From assembly GCA_025350105.1 (NCBI GenBank), contig JANXYJ010000176.1, positions 6,183-70,182 on the forward strand: DNA of 64,000 nucleotides, in the 5' to 3' direction. Numbering within the stretch: the stretch's first letter is position 1; every line of letters starts with the position of its first letter. Positions 44,293-53,516 of the stretch are shown in pieces. The notes below the pieces were generated by a model. That model ran no database searches. It saw only the letters and a list, made by a program, of their open reading frames with translations, and was not told the origin of the DNA. The translations under genes were made by a program, and so were the position numbers. This stretch comes from Terriglobia bacterium. Lineage in GTDB: Bacteria > Acidobacteriota > Terriglobia > Bryobacterales > Bryobacteraceae.

Positions 44293-45795
44293 ATGCGCTT
44301 ACTCCATTTAGTTCGGCTTCCGCTGGCATTGTCTGTTCCGTTGCAATTATTTGCAGGCGGAGGGTGTGAAGGGCTGGCGTCGTTGAAACTACCGCAGATG
44401 ACGGTGGGGTCCGCGTCGATGATTGCGGCGGGCGCATTCGCGCCACCTTCACCAGCCGGCTCACAGCCTCGTGGTGCCGAAGCCTTCAGAAAATTACCAG
44501 CCTTTTGCCGGGTAGTGGCTTCGCTAACGCCGACGGCCGATTCGGATATCAAGATTGAAGTCTGGCTTCCGGCTGAAGGCTGGAACGGGAAATTGCAATC
44601 GGTGGGCAATGGGGCATGGGCGGGCGTGATCAGCTATCCGGCTTTGGCGAACGCGGTGACCGCAGGCTACGCAGGTGCCAGCACAGACACTGGCCACACC
44701 GGCAACAACCCGGATTTCATCTCGGGGCATCCGGAGAAACTGAATGATTTTGTGTACCGGGCTCCGCATGAGATGACCGTGGCAGCCAAGGGCATCGTCA
44801 ACGCATTTTATGGAAATGCGCCGAAGTATTCGTATTGGAACGGCTGCTCCACGGGAGGGCGCCAGGCACTGACCGAAGCCCAACGCTATCCGAATGATTA
44901 CGACGGAATCATCGCTGGCGCGCCCGCCGCTTACGTCACGCGTTTGCAGGGTATGCAAGTGTGGGCAGCGAAACAGGCGAATCGGAGCCCGAACAGCCTG
45001 ATTCCGGAGTCGAAGTTTTCGCTGATTCACAATGCTGTGTTGGCCGCTTGTGATGGATTGGACGGCGTGAAGGACGGCGTACTGGAAGATCCCACCAAAT
45101 GCAAATTCGACCCCGGCGTTTTGGCCTGCAAAGAAGGCGATGGGCCTGGATGTTTGAACGCGGAACAGGTGGAAACGGCACGCAATATGTACGCTGGGCC
45201 GGCCCTCAATGGTAAAAATGTCTTCCCGGGAATCGAACGCGGCAGCGAAATGGGCTTCAATATGATCGCGGGTAAACAAGTAATGTCTCTGGCCGCTGAA
45301 GTGTACAAATATGCCGCATTCAACGGCAATTGGGACATGAAGGACTTCAAACTGGAAGACATTCAGCGCTTCGAGAAAGAGAAAGGGCCTGCAGTCAATT
45401 CCGTCGATCCGAATCTCAGTCCGTTCTTTACCCACAACGGGAAGTTGATGATGTATCACGGTTGGAGTGACCCTGGCGTTCCGCCGATGGGCACCGTTGC
45501 GTACTTTAACGACGTCACCAAGACCGTTGGCGCGGCGAAAGCCAACGACGACATGCGGCTGTTTATGGTACCCGGCATGGGCCATTGCGCCGGCGGCGAT
45601 GGCACCAGCACTTTCGACATGATCGAAGCCATGGAGCAATGGGTGGAGCAGGGCAAAGCCCCTCAATCCGTCGCCGCATCTCGCATGCGCGAAGGTAAAA
45701 TCGATCGGACGCGTCCGTTGTGCGCCTATCCCCGTGTTGCCACATACAACGGCAGCGGCAGCACGGATGATGCGGCAAATTTTAGCTGCAAGTAA
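44293..45795 (+). CDS. tannase/feruloyl esterase family alpha/beta hydrolase
   Basis: 500 aa with a signal peptide. It has the family-specific nucleophile motif GCSTGGRQ, and PGMGHCAGG near the C-terminus. Confidence 0.85.
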   Translation: MRLLHLVRLPLALSVPLQLFAGGGCEGLASLKLPQMTVGSASMIAAGAFAPPSPAGSQPRGAEAFRKLPAFCRVVASLTPTADSDIKIEVWLPAEGWNGKLQSVGNGAWAGVISYPALANAVTAGYAGASTDTGHTGNNPDFISGHPEKLNDFVYRAPHEMTVAAKGIVNAFYGNAPKYSYWNGCSTGGRQALTEAQRYPNDYDGIIAGAPAAYVTRLQGMQVWAAKQANRSPNSLIPESKFSLIHNAVLAACDGLDGVKDGVLEDPTKCKFDPGVLACKEGDGPGCLNAEQVETARNMYAGPALNGKNVFPGIERGSEMGFNMIAGKQVMSLAAEVYKYAAFNGNWDMKDFKLEDIQRFEKEKGPAVNSVDPNLSPFFTHNGKLMMYHGWSDPGVPPMGTVAYFNDVTKTVGAAKANDDMRLFMVPGMGHCAGGDGTSTFDMIEAMEQWVEQGKAPQSVAASRMREGKIDRTRPLCAYPRVATYNGSGSTDDAANFSCK

Positions 45796-45867
45796 ACATT
45801 CCAGAGGGCCCCTTATAATAGTGGCTTGGACCTCCTAAGCATCGGCCACGCCGCGCCACCGAAAGAC

Positions 45868-46674
45868 ATGTCCAAGAAGGACATGGAAAAAGCTCTGCTC
45901 AAAAAAGTGGGCGAGGCCGTGGCGCGCTTCAAAATGATTCGCGATGGCGACCGCGTTGCCGTCGCGCTTTCCGGCGGCAAAGACTCGCTCACGCTGATGG
46001 ACGCGCTGATTCTTTTGCAAAGACGTGCGCCCATTCACTTTACTGTCTGCGCGTTTACCGTCGAACAAGGCAAATTTCTGCGGCCCTTCGAGCCTATGGC
46101 GCAGTACCTGAAATCCCGCAATGTCGACTGGTCCTATCACACCGATAATCCATCGCTGAAGCTGTTGGAAGATCAGCCTACACATGGGTGCGATCTGTGC
46201 AGCCGCTTTCGCCGGCGTGCGGTGTACCAAATCGCGAAGGGTCTGGGTGCCAATGTTATCGCCTTTGGACACACGGCCGACGATTTCTGCGAATCGTTTC
46301 TGCGCAATGCTCTGTTTAACGGGCGAGTGAGTTCCCTGCCCCCAACTACTTATTCCCGCGAACGGGATTTCCGTTTGATCCGGCCGCTGGTCTACGTCAA
46401 CGAAGCCCTGACCTCGCGCTACGCGGAATCCATGGGCGCGCCGGTAATTCCGTGCGGCTGTTCGCAACGCACGGGAACGGTAAGAAAAGGCCTCCGCGAC
46501 ATCCTGGGCGACATGGAACACCAGTACCCCCACATCAAAGAAACCTTACTTTCTGCGATGGGAAAGATTGAGACCAGCCGCTTGCTGGATCCACGCTATT
46601 TGGATTTGGACGGCGAAACGATTGGTGAAACGACAGAAGCGGATGAGGGGAGTCCGTTTGCAATTGTGGAATAG
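45868..46674 (+). CDS. ttcA: tRNA 2-thiocytidine(32) synthetase TtcA (PP-loop ATPase)
   Basis: PP-loop SGGKDS is present, plus Cys motifs CDLCSRFRR and IPCGC. The ORF is open from 45826 and I chose the first ATG at 45868. Confidence 0.85.
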   Translation: MSKKDMEKALLKKVGEAVARFKMIRDGDRVAVALSGGKDSLTLMDALILLQRRAPIHFTVCAFTVEQGKFLRPFEPMAQYLKSRNVDWSYHTDNPSLKLLEDQPTHGCDLCSRFRRRAVYQIAKGLGANVIAFGHTADDFCESFLRNALFNGRVSSLPPTTYSRERDFRLIRPLVYVNEALTSRYAESMGAPVIPCGCSQRTGTVRKGLRDILGDMEHQYPHIKETLLSAMGKIETSRLLDPRYLDLDGETIGETTEADEGSPFAIVE

Positions 46675-46677
46675 CGC

Positions 46678-46707
46678 GTTCTAGAACCGATCGTTCTAGA
46701 ACCGATC
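46678..46707. repeat. Direct 15-bp repeat GTTCTAGAACCGATC x2, each holding a perfect 10-bp palindrome
   Basis: GTTCTAGAAC occurs at 46678-46687 and 46693-46702, separated by CGATC. As RNA or DNA it can fold into a 10-bp stem with a 5-nt loop. It starts 4 nt after the ttcA stop. Confidence 0.9.
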
Positions 46708-47097
46708 AAGGAAGGTTACGAAGATATTCGGAGATTTGCAGTAGGGCACTACATTGGGATCTTCGCTCGCGAACATTCCAACGCTGCGTTGCTGGAAGTA
46801 CCATCACCATACCGGTTTCACTTCACGACTCCGTTCGCCGCGGTACGCTCATGTGCGTTATCCGGCAATCGGGCTATAAAAGTCGCCGTTTGAAACAGAA
46901 GACTAGCTCGACCTGTGAAGTGCCAATCTGTCACATTCTTCCGCGCCATAATCACGATCTGTCATCCCCCAACCCCGGCCCACCCCAGCTAAGTCCTAGC
47001 AAATAAGTCCTCAGAAAACACGCCGCGAGTGGCCCGCGCCGTGCAGTACTCAGGTCACCGTCATCTACGGAAAAACAAAACGCGGAACAACAAAACT

Positions 47098-48897
47098 ATG
47101 AAACGATTTACCCCTACTTTTCTAACTTTAGTACTAGCGGTCTCCACTTTTGCGCAGAGCCCCGCGCGTAATCCGAGACTGTCGGACTCCTTTGCAAACT
47201 CCACCGGCGCGCTGGACGTGATTGTGAAGTACAAGTCCGACCCCAGCGACAGCTCGCAAGATCCACATCATCAACGGGTGACAGCCCGCGGCGGCAGCTA
47301 CAAGGCCACGCACCACATTATCAACTCGGCCTCCTATCGTTTGAACGCCAGCCAGCTTGCGGATTTGGCGAACGACCCGGACGTGGAATTCGTCAGCCCG
47401 GATCGCCGCGTCAGCTCGCTGGCCTCGGTGTTAACGGATGGAGAAGGCCTCCCCGCTAGTGGCAGCTCTTCATCGTTCTCTAGTATGTCCAAGACCAGCA
47501 GTAGCTCTTCGTCTTCTTCGTCGTCGTCGTCCTCGAGCACTGCTCCCGTGATCGACTATTTTCGGGAGACTGTCCATTCCGATTCAGCAACCAGCGCTGG
47601 CTGGGATGGCACCGGTATCGGAGTGGCCATTATCGATAGCGGAATCGCGGTGAACAAGGACTTCAGAAAAGCGGTGGTTTATTCTCAAAGTTTCATACCG
47701 GGCGACAGCAGCACCGCGGATGCCTACGGTCATGGAACGCACGTGGCGGGGATCATCATCGGAACGGGATATAACTCCTGGTCCAAGGCGAAGTATCAGT
47801 TTGGCGGCTCCGCGCCGGGCGTCTCGCTCATCAACCTCCGCGTGCTGGATGCCAACGGCAACGGTAACGATAGTGGCGTGATCAGCGCCATTCAGCAGGC
47901 GATCGCGCTAAAAAATACTTACAACATCAAGGTGATCAATCTGTCGTTGGGCCGTCCGCCCGCCAGCAGTTACGTAAGTGACCCCCTATGCCAGGCCGTG
48001 GAAGCGGCTTGGAAGGCCGGCATCACAGTGGTGGTGGCCGCAGGCAACGAAGGGCGCAACAATAGCGCGGGCAACCTGGGCTATGGAACGGTTCTGGCTC
48101 CGGGCAATGATCCCTACGTGATCACCATAGGCGCCATGAAGTCCATGGGCACAACCTCACGCAATGACGATCTGATCGCCAGCTACAGTTCCAAGGGCCC
48201 GACGCTGATCGATCACGTGGTGAAGCCGGACTTGGTCTCGCCCGGCAATCTGGTGATTTCGATCGCTGTTCCGGGCTCCACTTTGGCGAACAGCTATCCG
48301 GCCAACGTGGTTCCCACCTCAGTCTACTCGTACACGGGAAGCTCAAATCCGCCGAACAGTTATATGCTTCTGAGCGGAACCAGCATGGCAACGCCGGTGG
48401 CCTCCGGGGCCGTGGCGTTGTTACTTGAGAAATTTCCAACGCTCACGCCCGATCAGGTGAAAGCCAAACTGATGAAGACGGCCTCAAAATCGTTTCCAAC
48501 CTCCAGCGGCGTGACCGACCCGTCCACGGGAATCGTTTATACCAGCTATTACGACATCTTCACCGTAGGAGCGGGCTATCTGGATACCGGCGCCGCTCTT
48601 TCGAACTACGATAATGCGTCGGGCAGCGCGCTGTCGCCCACGGTCAGTTGGAACTCGTCAACCGGCACCGCGACACTCAACGTGACCGGCACCAACGTCA
48701 TCTGGGGTACGAATGTGATCTGGGGCACCAACGTAATTTGGGGTACCAACGTGCTGCTCACCGGCAGCAACGTGATCTGGGGCACCAACGTGATCTGGGG
48801 TACGGCGACAACGGCCGGCTTGAACGTCATTTGGGGAACTACCGCAACGGCGGCTTCCAGTGTGATCTGGGGTACCAACGCTACCGCCGCGCAGTAA
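47098..48897 (+). CDS. S8 family (subtilisin-like) serine peptidase with I9 propeptide, poly-Ser linker and C-terminal VIWG hexapeptide repeats
   Basis: The start at 47098 gives the signal peptide MKRFTPTFLTLVLAVSTFAQS. The catalytic triad blocks are VAIIDSGI, HGTHVAG and SGTSMATP. The ORF is open from 47029. Confidence 0.9.
   Translation: MKRFTPTFLTLVLAVSTFAQSPARNPRLSDSFANSTGALDVIVKYKSDPSDSSQDPHHQRVTARGGSYKATHHIINSASYRLNASQLADLANDPDVEFVSPDRRVSSLASVLTDGEGLPASGSSSSFSSMSKTSSSSSSSSSSSSSSTAPVIDYFRETVHSDSATSAGWDGTGIGVAIIDSGIAVNKDFRKAVVYSQSFIPGDSSTADAYGHGTHVAGIIIGTGYNSWSKAKYQFGGSAPGVSLINLRVLDANGNGNDSGVISAIQQAIALKNTYNIKVINLSLGRPPASSYVSDPLCQAVEAAWKAGITVVVAAGNEGRNNSAGNLGYGTVLAPGNDPYVITIGAMKSMGTTSRNDDLIASYSSKGPTLIDHVVKPDLVSPGNLVISIAVPGSTLANSYPANVVPTSVYSYTGSSNPPNSYMLLSGTSMATPVASGAVALLLEKFPTLTPDQVKAKLMKTASKSFPTSSGVTDPSTGIVYTSYYDIFTVGAGYLDTGAALSNYDNASGSALSPTVSWNSSTGTATLNVTGTNVIWGTNVIWGTNVIWGTNVLLTGSNVIWGTNVIWGTATTAGLNVIWGTTATAASSVIWGTNATAAQ
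48691..48873 (+). repeat. In-frame 18-bp (hexapeptide T-N-V-I-W-G) repeat array at the 3' end of the S8 gene
   Basis: Seven (N/S)VIWG units and one degenerate NVLLT unit. The units differ at synonymous positions (gtc atc / gtg atc / gta att ...). Confidence 0.9.
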
Positions 48898-48927
48898 CCC
48901 TCGGGCAGACGATTTCGGAGACTCCAA

Positions 48928-49611
48928 ATGACGCTACCAAAGAAAGCCATCGCCCTCACCGGACTGATGACGCTTGGAGCCCTGGCGACTATTGCGTGGG
49001 CCGTTTCGGCCATGCAACACGCTGGCCAACCCATGCACGATTATCGTGCGCTGGCGCTATTCGTTCTGGCATTCATCAACGCCCGTCTAAAACTGAAGTT
49101 GCCAGGACTCACCGGCAATATGGCAGTGAATCTTCCCTTCCTGCTGATCGCTATCACCCAGCTAAGCTTATGGGAAGCTCTGCTGGTGGCCCTGCCAGCG
49201 TGTGCGCTGCAGTGTTTTCCGAAAACGGCAAGCGGCGGCTTGGGCAAGCCGAAACCGATTCAAATGCTGTTTAACCTAAGCACAACGGCGGTGGCCGTCG
49301 GCGGGGCACATCTGGCCGGTGGACGCTTCGTGATCCTGGCAACGGCGTGCTTCTTCCTGATCCAAACTGTTCCGGTGGCAGGGATCATCGCGATCACCGA
49401 AGGACGCGGGCTAGTGAAATTATGGTGCCAAATCGCAAACCTATCGTTCCCGTTCTATGTGTTGAGCGCGGGCATTGCTTCGCTGGTGGTTGGCTCCACG
49501 GAATCGCAGCTGGCTTGGCAACTGCCCATAATTGGTGTGCCAGTGCTGTATGCGGTCTATCGTTCTTACCAAACGTATTTCGGCGAGAATCGTCTGGCGC
49601 CGACGCGTTAA
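48928..49611 (+). CDS. hypothetical polytopic membrane protein
   Basis: 227 aa with about 6-7 predicted TM helices. It starts 31 nt after the S8 stop on the same strand. Confidence 0.5.
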   Translation: MTLPKKAIALTGLMTLGALATIAWAVSAMQHAGQPMHDYRALALFVLAFINARLKLKLPGLTGNMAVNLPFLLIAITQLSLWEALLVALPACALQCFPKTASGGLGKPKPIQMLFNLSTTAVAVGGAHLAGGRFVILATACFFLIQTVPVAGIIAITEGRGLVKLWCQIANLSFPFYVLSAGIASLVVGSTESQLAWQLPIIGVPVLYAVYRSYQTYFGENRLAPTR

Positions 49612-49675
49612 CCGCTTGATCTTTCCTGACAGAAAGAGGGCGTTCGGCCGTATCCCGGCGCCCTAACCTTTCTTC

Positions 49676-50512
49676 TTAACGCAGCAGATCTTCCAGCTGC
49701 ACACGAGCGTCCGTCTTTGCGTCGCGATATTTCACAATCACCGGCGTGTACAGCGAGATGCCCCACTCTTTCCCTTGTCCCTTGGTGATGGCGCGGGAAC
49801 CGGCAACAACCACCGCGCCTGCGGGAATTACCAGAGGATCGTCATCCGTGGCCGTGAGAATTTCACCGCGCACCAAATCGTAAACCGGTGTCGAGCGCGT
49901 CAAGATCGTCCCGCTGCCCAACACGGCCCGTTCTTTGACAATGGTTCCTTCGTAGACGCCACAGTTGCCGCCAATCATCACGTGGTTTTCGATGATGACA
50001 GGCATAGCGCCAACCGGTTCCAACACGCCACCGATTTGCGCGGCGGCGGAGATGTGGCAGTGGCCGCCAATTTGCGCACAGCTACCGACCAGCGCGTGCG
50101 AATCGATCATTGTATTGTTATCCACGTACGCGCCTACATTGATGAACATGGGCGGGACGCAGACCACGCCGCGGCCCACATAGGAACCATCCCGAATGCT
50201 GGACCCGCCCGGCACTATGCGCACGCCATCAGCCAGCGACATCTGCTTTACGGGGAAAGTGGCCTTGTCGAAAAAGGGTTGCCGGGAGGGGCTGACCGAC
50301 ATATCCACCACCGCGCCCATGCGAATCCCCAGCAGGATACCCTTCTTTACCCAGGGAATCACACGCCAGCCGTTTTTGGCGAACGCGTCCGGCTGCGCGG
50401 CACGCACCTCACCCAGGTTCAATTTGTGTTTGAACTTGTGAAACAGCGCGAAGTGTTCTTCGGTGTAGTGGTCTGGTTTGTGGTCAAAAAGATGCTCGAT
50501 CTCAGTCTGCAT
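49676..50512 (-). CDS. dapD: 2,3,4,5-tetrahydropyridine-2,6-dicarboxylate N-succinyltransferase
   Basis: Hexapeptide-repeat core VNIGAYVD-like (INVGAYVDNNTMIDSHALVGSCAQIGGHCHIS...GGVLEP) is present, with the C-terminus VIVKYRDAKT...LEDLLR. Met at 50512 fits the dapA stop at 50542. The ORF extension to 50626 overlaps dapA. Confidence 0.9.
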   Translation of the reverse strand: MQTEIEHLFDHKPDHYTEEHFALFHKFKHKLNLGEVRAAQPDAFAKNGWRVIPWVKKGILLGIRMGAVVDMSVSPSRQPFFDKATFPVKQMSLADGVRIVPGGSSIRDGSYVGRGVVCVPPMFINVGAYVDNNTMIDSHALVGSCAQIGGHCHISAAAQIGGVLEPVGAMPVIIENHVMIGGNCGVYEGTIVKERAVLGSGTILTRSTPVYDLVRGEILTATDDDPLVIPAGAVVVAGSRAITKGQGKEWGISLYTPVIVKYRDAKTDARVQLEDLLR

Positions 50513-50541
50513 GTCATTATTTGGACGTTCTATGCGCGGCC

Positions 50542-51456
50542 TTATACGGCCACTGCCTGGCGCAGCAGTCCCACCTGCTTTAAAACGCCTTGAATTTTTG
50601 CTTGATTCTGTGGCGTAGGCGGGCACATCGGAAGGCGGAACACCGGTTCCAGTAGCCCCATCATCGCCATGGCGGCCTTCACCGGAATGGGGTTCGCTTC
50701 CACGAAATTCACTTCCATCAAGGGAAACCAGGTGCGTTGCAAGGCGCGGGCGGAGTCAAAATTGCCGGCCATGGCCAGTTGCGTCAGCGTGGTCATTTCA
50801 CCGGGAATCTGGTTGGAAACCACCGAGATCAAGCCGCGGCCACCCAGCGCGACTAGAGGAATGGTGATCGCGTCGTCGCCGCACAGCACGCTGAAGCGAT
50901 GCGAATATTTGCCCAACAGTTGATGACACACTGCGGCCATCTGGCTGATGTTGCCCGAGGCTTCCTTCACGCCGCAAATATTTTCAATTTCCGCGATGCG
51001 CAAAAGCGTGGCCGGTTCCACGTTGACGCCGGTGCGGCCGGGGACATTGTAAACAATGATGGGCAGAGGCACGGCCTGCGCGATAGCCTTGTAGTGTTGA
51101 TACAGGCCTTCCTGCGTCACCTTGTTGTAGTAGGGCGTGACCGACAGAAGTCCGTCCACTCCAATGTGGTTCAGTTCGCGGCCCAGTTCCATCACTTCGG
51201 CGGTATTGTAGCCGCCGGCCCCGCCCACCACGGCAACTTTTCGCTTCGCGTTGCGCGCTTCTTCCACGGTGATCTCCACCACCCGAAGATGTTCCGCCCG
51301 CGTAAGCGTGGGGCTTTCGCCGGTGGTTCCGCAGGGAACCAGAAAATCGATGCCGCCGTCAATCTGCCGCCGCACCAAACGGCGCAAAGCCGCTTCATCA
51401 AGCGAAAGATCGCTCTTAAATGGAGTTACTAATGCAGTACCGCAACCTGTGAACAT
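50542..51456 (-). CDS. dapA: 4-hydroxy-tetrahydrodipicolinate synthase
   Basis: 304 aa. Blocks are ALVTPF, GTTGESPTL and YNVPGRTG. The active-site Lys context is GVKEASG. Confidence 0.95.
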   Translation of the reverse strand: MFTGCGTALVTPFKSDLSLDEAALRRLVRRQIDGGIDFLVPCGTTGESPTLTRAEHLRVVEITVEEARNAKRKVAVVGGAGGYNTAEVMELGRELNHIGVDGLLSVTPYYNKVTQEGLYQHYKAIAQAVPLPIIVYNVPGRTGVNVEPATLLRIAEIENICGVKEASGNISQMAAVCHQLLGKYSHRFSVLCGDDAITIPLVALGGRGLISVVSNQIPGEMTTLTQLAMAGNFDSARALQRTWFPLMEVNFVEANPIPVKAAMAMMGLLEPVFRLPMCPPTPQNQAKIQGVLKQVGLLRQAVAV

Positions 51457-51468
51457 AAACGCCTCCCC

Positions 51469-52167
51469 CTAAGTCTTCGTCTTGCCGAATATTACATCGC
51501 TGAACTCGAATACGCCGGTTCTCTTTTCGGCTACCAACCATTGTGCAGCCTTCAAGGCCCCACGGGCAAAACCTTCGCGCGACCGCGCGGCGTGCCGCAG
51601 AGTGATGGTATCCGCCGCCGAATCAAAACCGATGTCATGCGTACCAGGATGACGCCCCGCTCGATTAGAGCCGACATCAATATTGCGCGCGTAACCAGCT
51701 TGCTTCATTTCCTCAACCAGCTTGATTAGTGTGCCCGAGGGCGCGTCTTTCTTGGTGTCATGATGGATTTCCCAGGCCCATGCGCCGTACTCGGGTTCGT
51801 CTTTCAATAAGAGCGCCGCTTCGCGGACCAGCCGAAAAAAGACGTTTACACCGATGGAGAAATTGGGGCTCCAAACCAGCGCGGTTTTGTGTTGGTCTAC
51901 GGTCGCGCGCACTTGATCCATGTGGGCTAGCCAGCCCGTGGTGCCAACCACGGTGGGCAGCTTCATTGCGGCCAGCTTTTGAATATTGCCAACCACCGCC
52001 TCAGGCGTGGTGAACTCAATCGCCACGTCGCAGGATGAAGCCTTGGCGAATTCGTCGTTCAGATCAATTGTGGCAGCGACCTCGAAGCCGTACTCCGGCG
52101 CCAGTTGCGCGATCATGCGGCCCATTTTGCCGTAACCGATGAGTGCAAGTTTCTTATTCATACTCAT
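51469..52167 (-). CDS. dapB: 4-hydroxy-tetrahydrodipicolinate reductase
   Basis: The start at 52167 (MSMNKKLALIGYGKMGRM) forms an ATGA overlap with the lysC stop. An EIHHDTKKDAPSGT block is present. The longer ORF (to 52371) overlaps lysC. Confidence 0.9.
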   Translation of the reverse strand: MSMNKKLALIGYGKMGRMIAQLAPEYGFEVAATIDLNDEFAKASSCDVAIEFTTPEAVVGNIQKLAAMKLPTVVGTTGWLAHMDQVRATVDQHKTALVWSPNFSIGVNVFFRLVREAALLLKDEPEYGAWAWEIHHDTKKDAPSGTLIKLVEEMKQAGYARNIDVGSNRAGRHPGTHDIGFDSAADTITLRHAARSREGFARGALKAAQWLVAEKRTGVFEFSDVIFGKTKT

Positions 52168-53516
52168 GCAAACGCCGCCGGATCGGGCGCCGCGAAAAAT
52201 TCGCCGTGCAGAGATTCTACCGCGCCTGCCAACTCCTCCGCTGAAACCACCAGGCTCAGGTTCAACTGCGACGCGCCTTCGGAGATCATTCGAATTTTCA
52301 CGTGGTTCAACGCTGCGAACGCCCGCGCCAGAACTCCGGGCGTGTGACGGAGGTTGTCGCCAACCATACATACGATGGCCTGTTGATCTTCTACCGTAAT
52401 GTCGGCAAACTCCTCAATCTCTTTCCGAATGGCCGGCAGCGCTTGGGTATTGTCGATGGTCAAGCTCACGCTGACTTCCGATGTCGCCAGCATGTCCACT
52501 GAAGTCTCGTGCCGGTCGAATATCTCAAACACGCGGCGCAAAAAACCGTGCGCCATCAGCATACGGCTGGAAACAATATTTACCAGCGTAATGTTGCGTT
52601 TGCAGGCAATGGAGCGAATAGGGCTGGTCGAATCCACCGCCTTCGACGATATCAGCGTCCCTTCCACCTCCGGCCGCCGCGAATTGAGAATGCGGACGGG
52701 TATATTCTTTTCAATCGCCGGCAGGACCGTCGCGGGATGCAACACTTTCGCTCCGAAATAGGCCAACTCCGCCGCTTCGGCAAACGAGCACTGCTTTACG
52801 CGATACACGTTCTTCAGAATCGTGGGATCCGAAGTCAGCATGCCATCGACATCCGTCCAAATTTGAATTTCAGCCGCGTTCATGCCCGCGCCGACAATAG
52901 ACGCCGTGTAATCGGACCCGCCGCGCCCCAGCGTGCTCGTGACACCGTTTTCGGTGGATGCGATGAAGCCGCCCATCACAATCACCGCATGCTTCGCGGC
53001 GAGCGGCGGAATCGTGGCGTTCAGTCGTGTTGTGGTTTCGGCAAGAATCGGCGCAGCCTGAGTGTGACGGCCATCGGTTACGATCACCGAACGCGCATCC
53101 AGGTGAACCGCATCGATACCCAGCTTGCGAAGCCGTGCAGTGACAATCAGGCTCGACAGACGTTCACCAAAGGCAGAAACAGCATCGGTAGCGCGCGGGG
53201 TCATCTCTCCCATTACAGCCAAGCCCTTCACCAACTCCGCCAACTCCTGAAAATGCACGGAAACGATATCATCCACGCCCAGCTCTTCGCTTTCGCGCTG
53301 GTGGAATTCGTGCAATTGATTCAGTAAATCTAGCGCCTGTTCACGGCGGCCCGCGACGGCATCCGCGGCGATGGCCAGTAGCTTGTTCGTCGTCTTGCCC
53401 ATCGCGGAAACCACCACCACCGGGTGAAGCGCCAAACGATCCCGTACAATCCCAGCCACCCGCTCGATGGCCTCAGTCGATTCGACCGATGTCCCGCCGA
53501 ACTTCATGACGATCAT
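52164..53516 (-). CDS. lysC: aspartate kinase (with C-terminal ACT domains)
   Basis: 450 aa. Blocks are MKFGGTSV, GRGGSDYTA and tandem ACT. Confidence 0.95.
   Translation of the reverse strand: MIVMKFGGTSVESTEAIERVAGIVRDRLALHPVVVVSAMGKTTNKLLAIAADAVAGRREQALDLLNQLHEFHQRESEELGVDDIVSVHFQELAELVKGLAVMGEMTPRATDAVSAFGERLSSLIVTARLRKLGIDAVHLDARSVIVTDGRHTQAAPILAETTTRLNATIPPLAAKHAVIVMGGFIASTENGVTSTLGRGGSDYTASIVGAGMNAAEIQIWTDVDGMLTSDPTILKNVYRVKQCSFAEAAELAYFGAKVLHPATVLPAIEKNIPVRILNSRRPEVEGTLISSKAVDSTSPIRSIACKRNITLVNIVSSRMLMAHGFLRRVFEIFDRHETSVDMLATSEVSVSLTIDNTQALPAIRKEIEEFADITVEDQQAIVCMVGDNLRHTPGVLARAFAALNHVKIRMISEGASQLNLSLVVSAEELAGAVESLHGEFFAAPDPAAFA

Noticed and set aside
44524-45666. 380-aa ORF on the minus strand
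   Set aside because: It is antisense to the tannase/feruloyl esterase gene, which has the diagnostic GCSTGG motif. The antisense product is His/Arg-rich junk.
50513-50626. N-terminal extension of the dapD ORF, and the similar 52168-52371 extension of dapB
   Set aside because: The extensions overlap the upstream genes (dapA, lysC) and encode Arg/Gly/Ser-rich sequence. The internal Met codons give canonical N-termini and tidy operon junctions.
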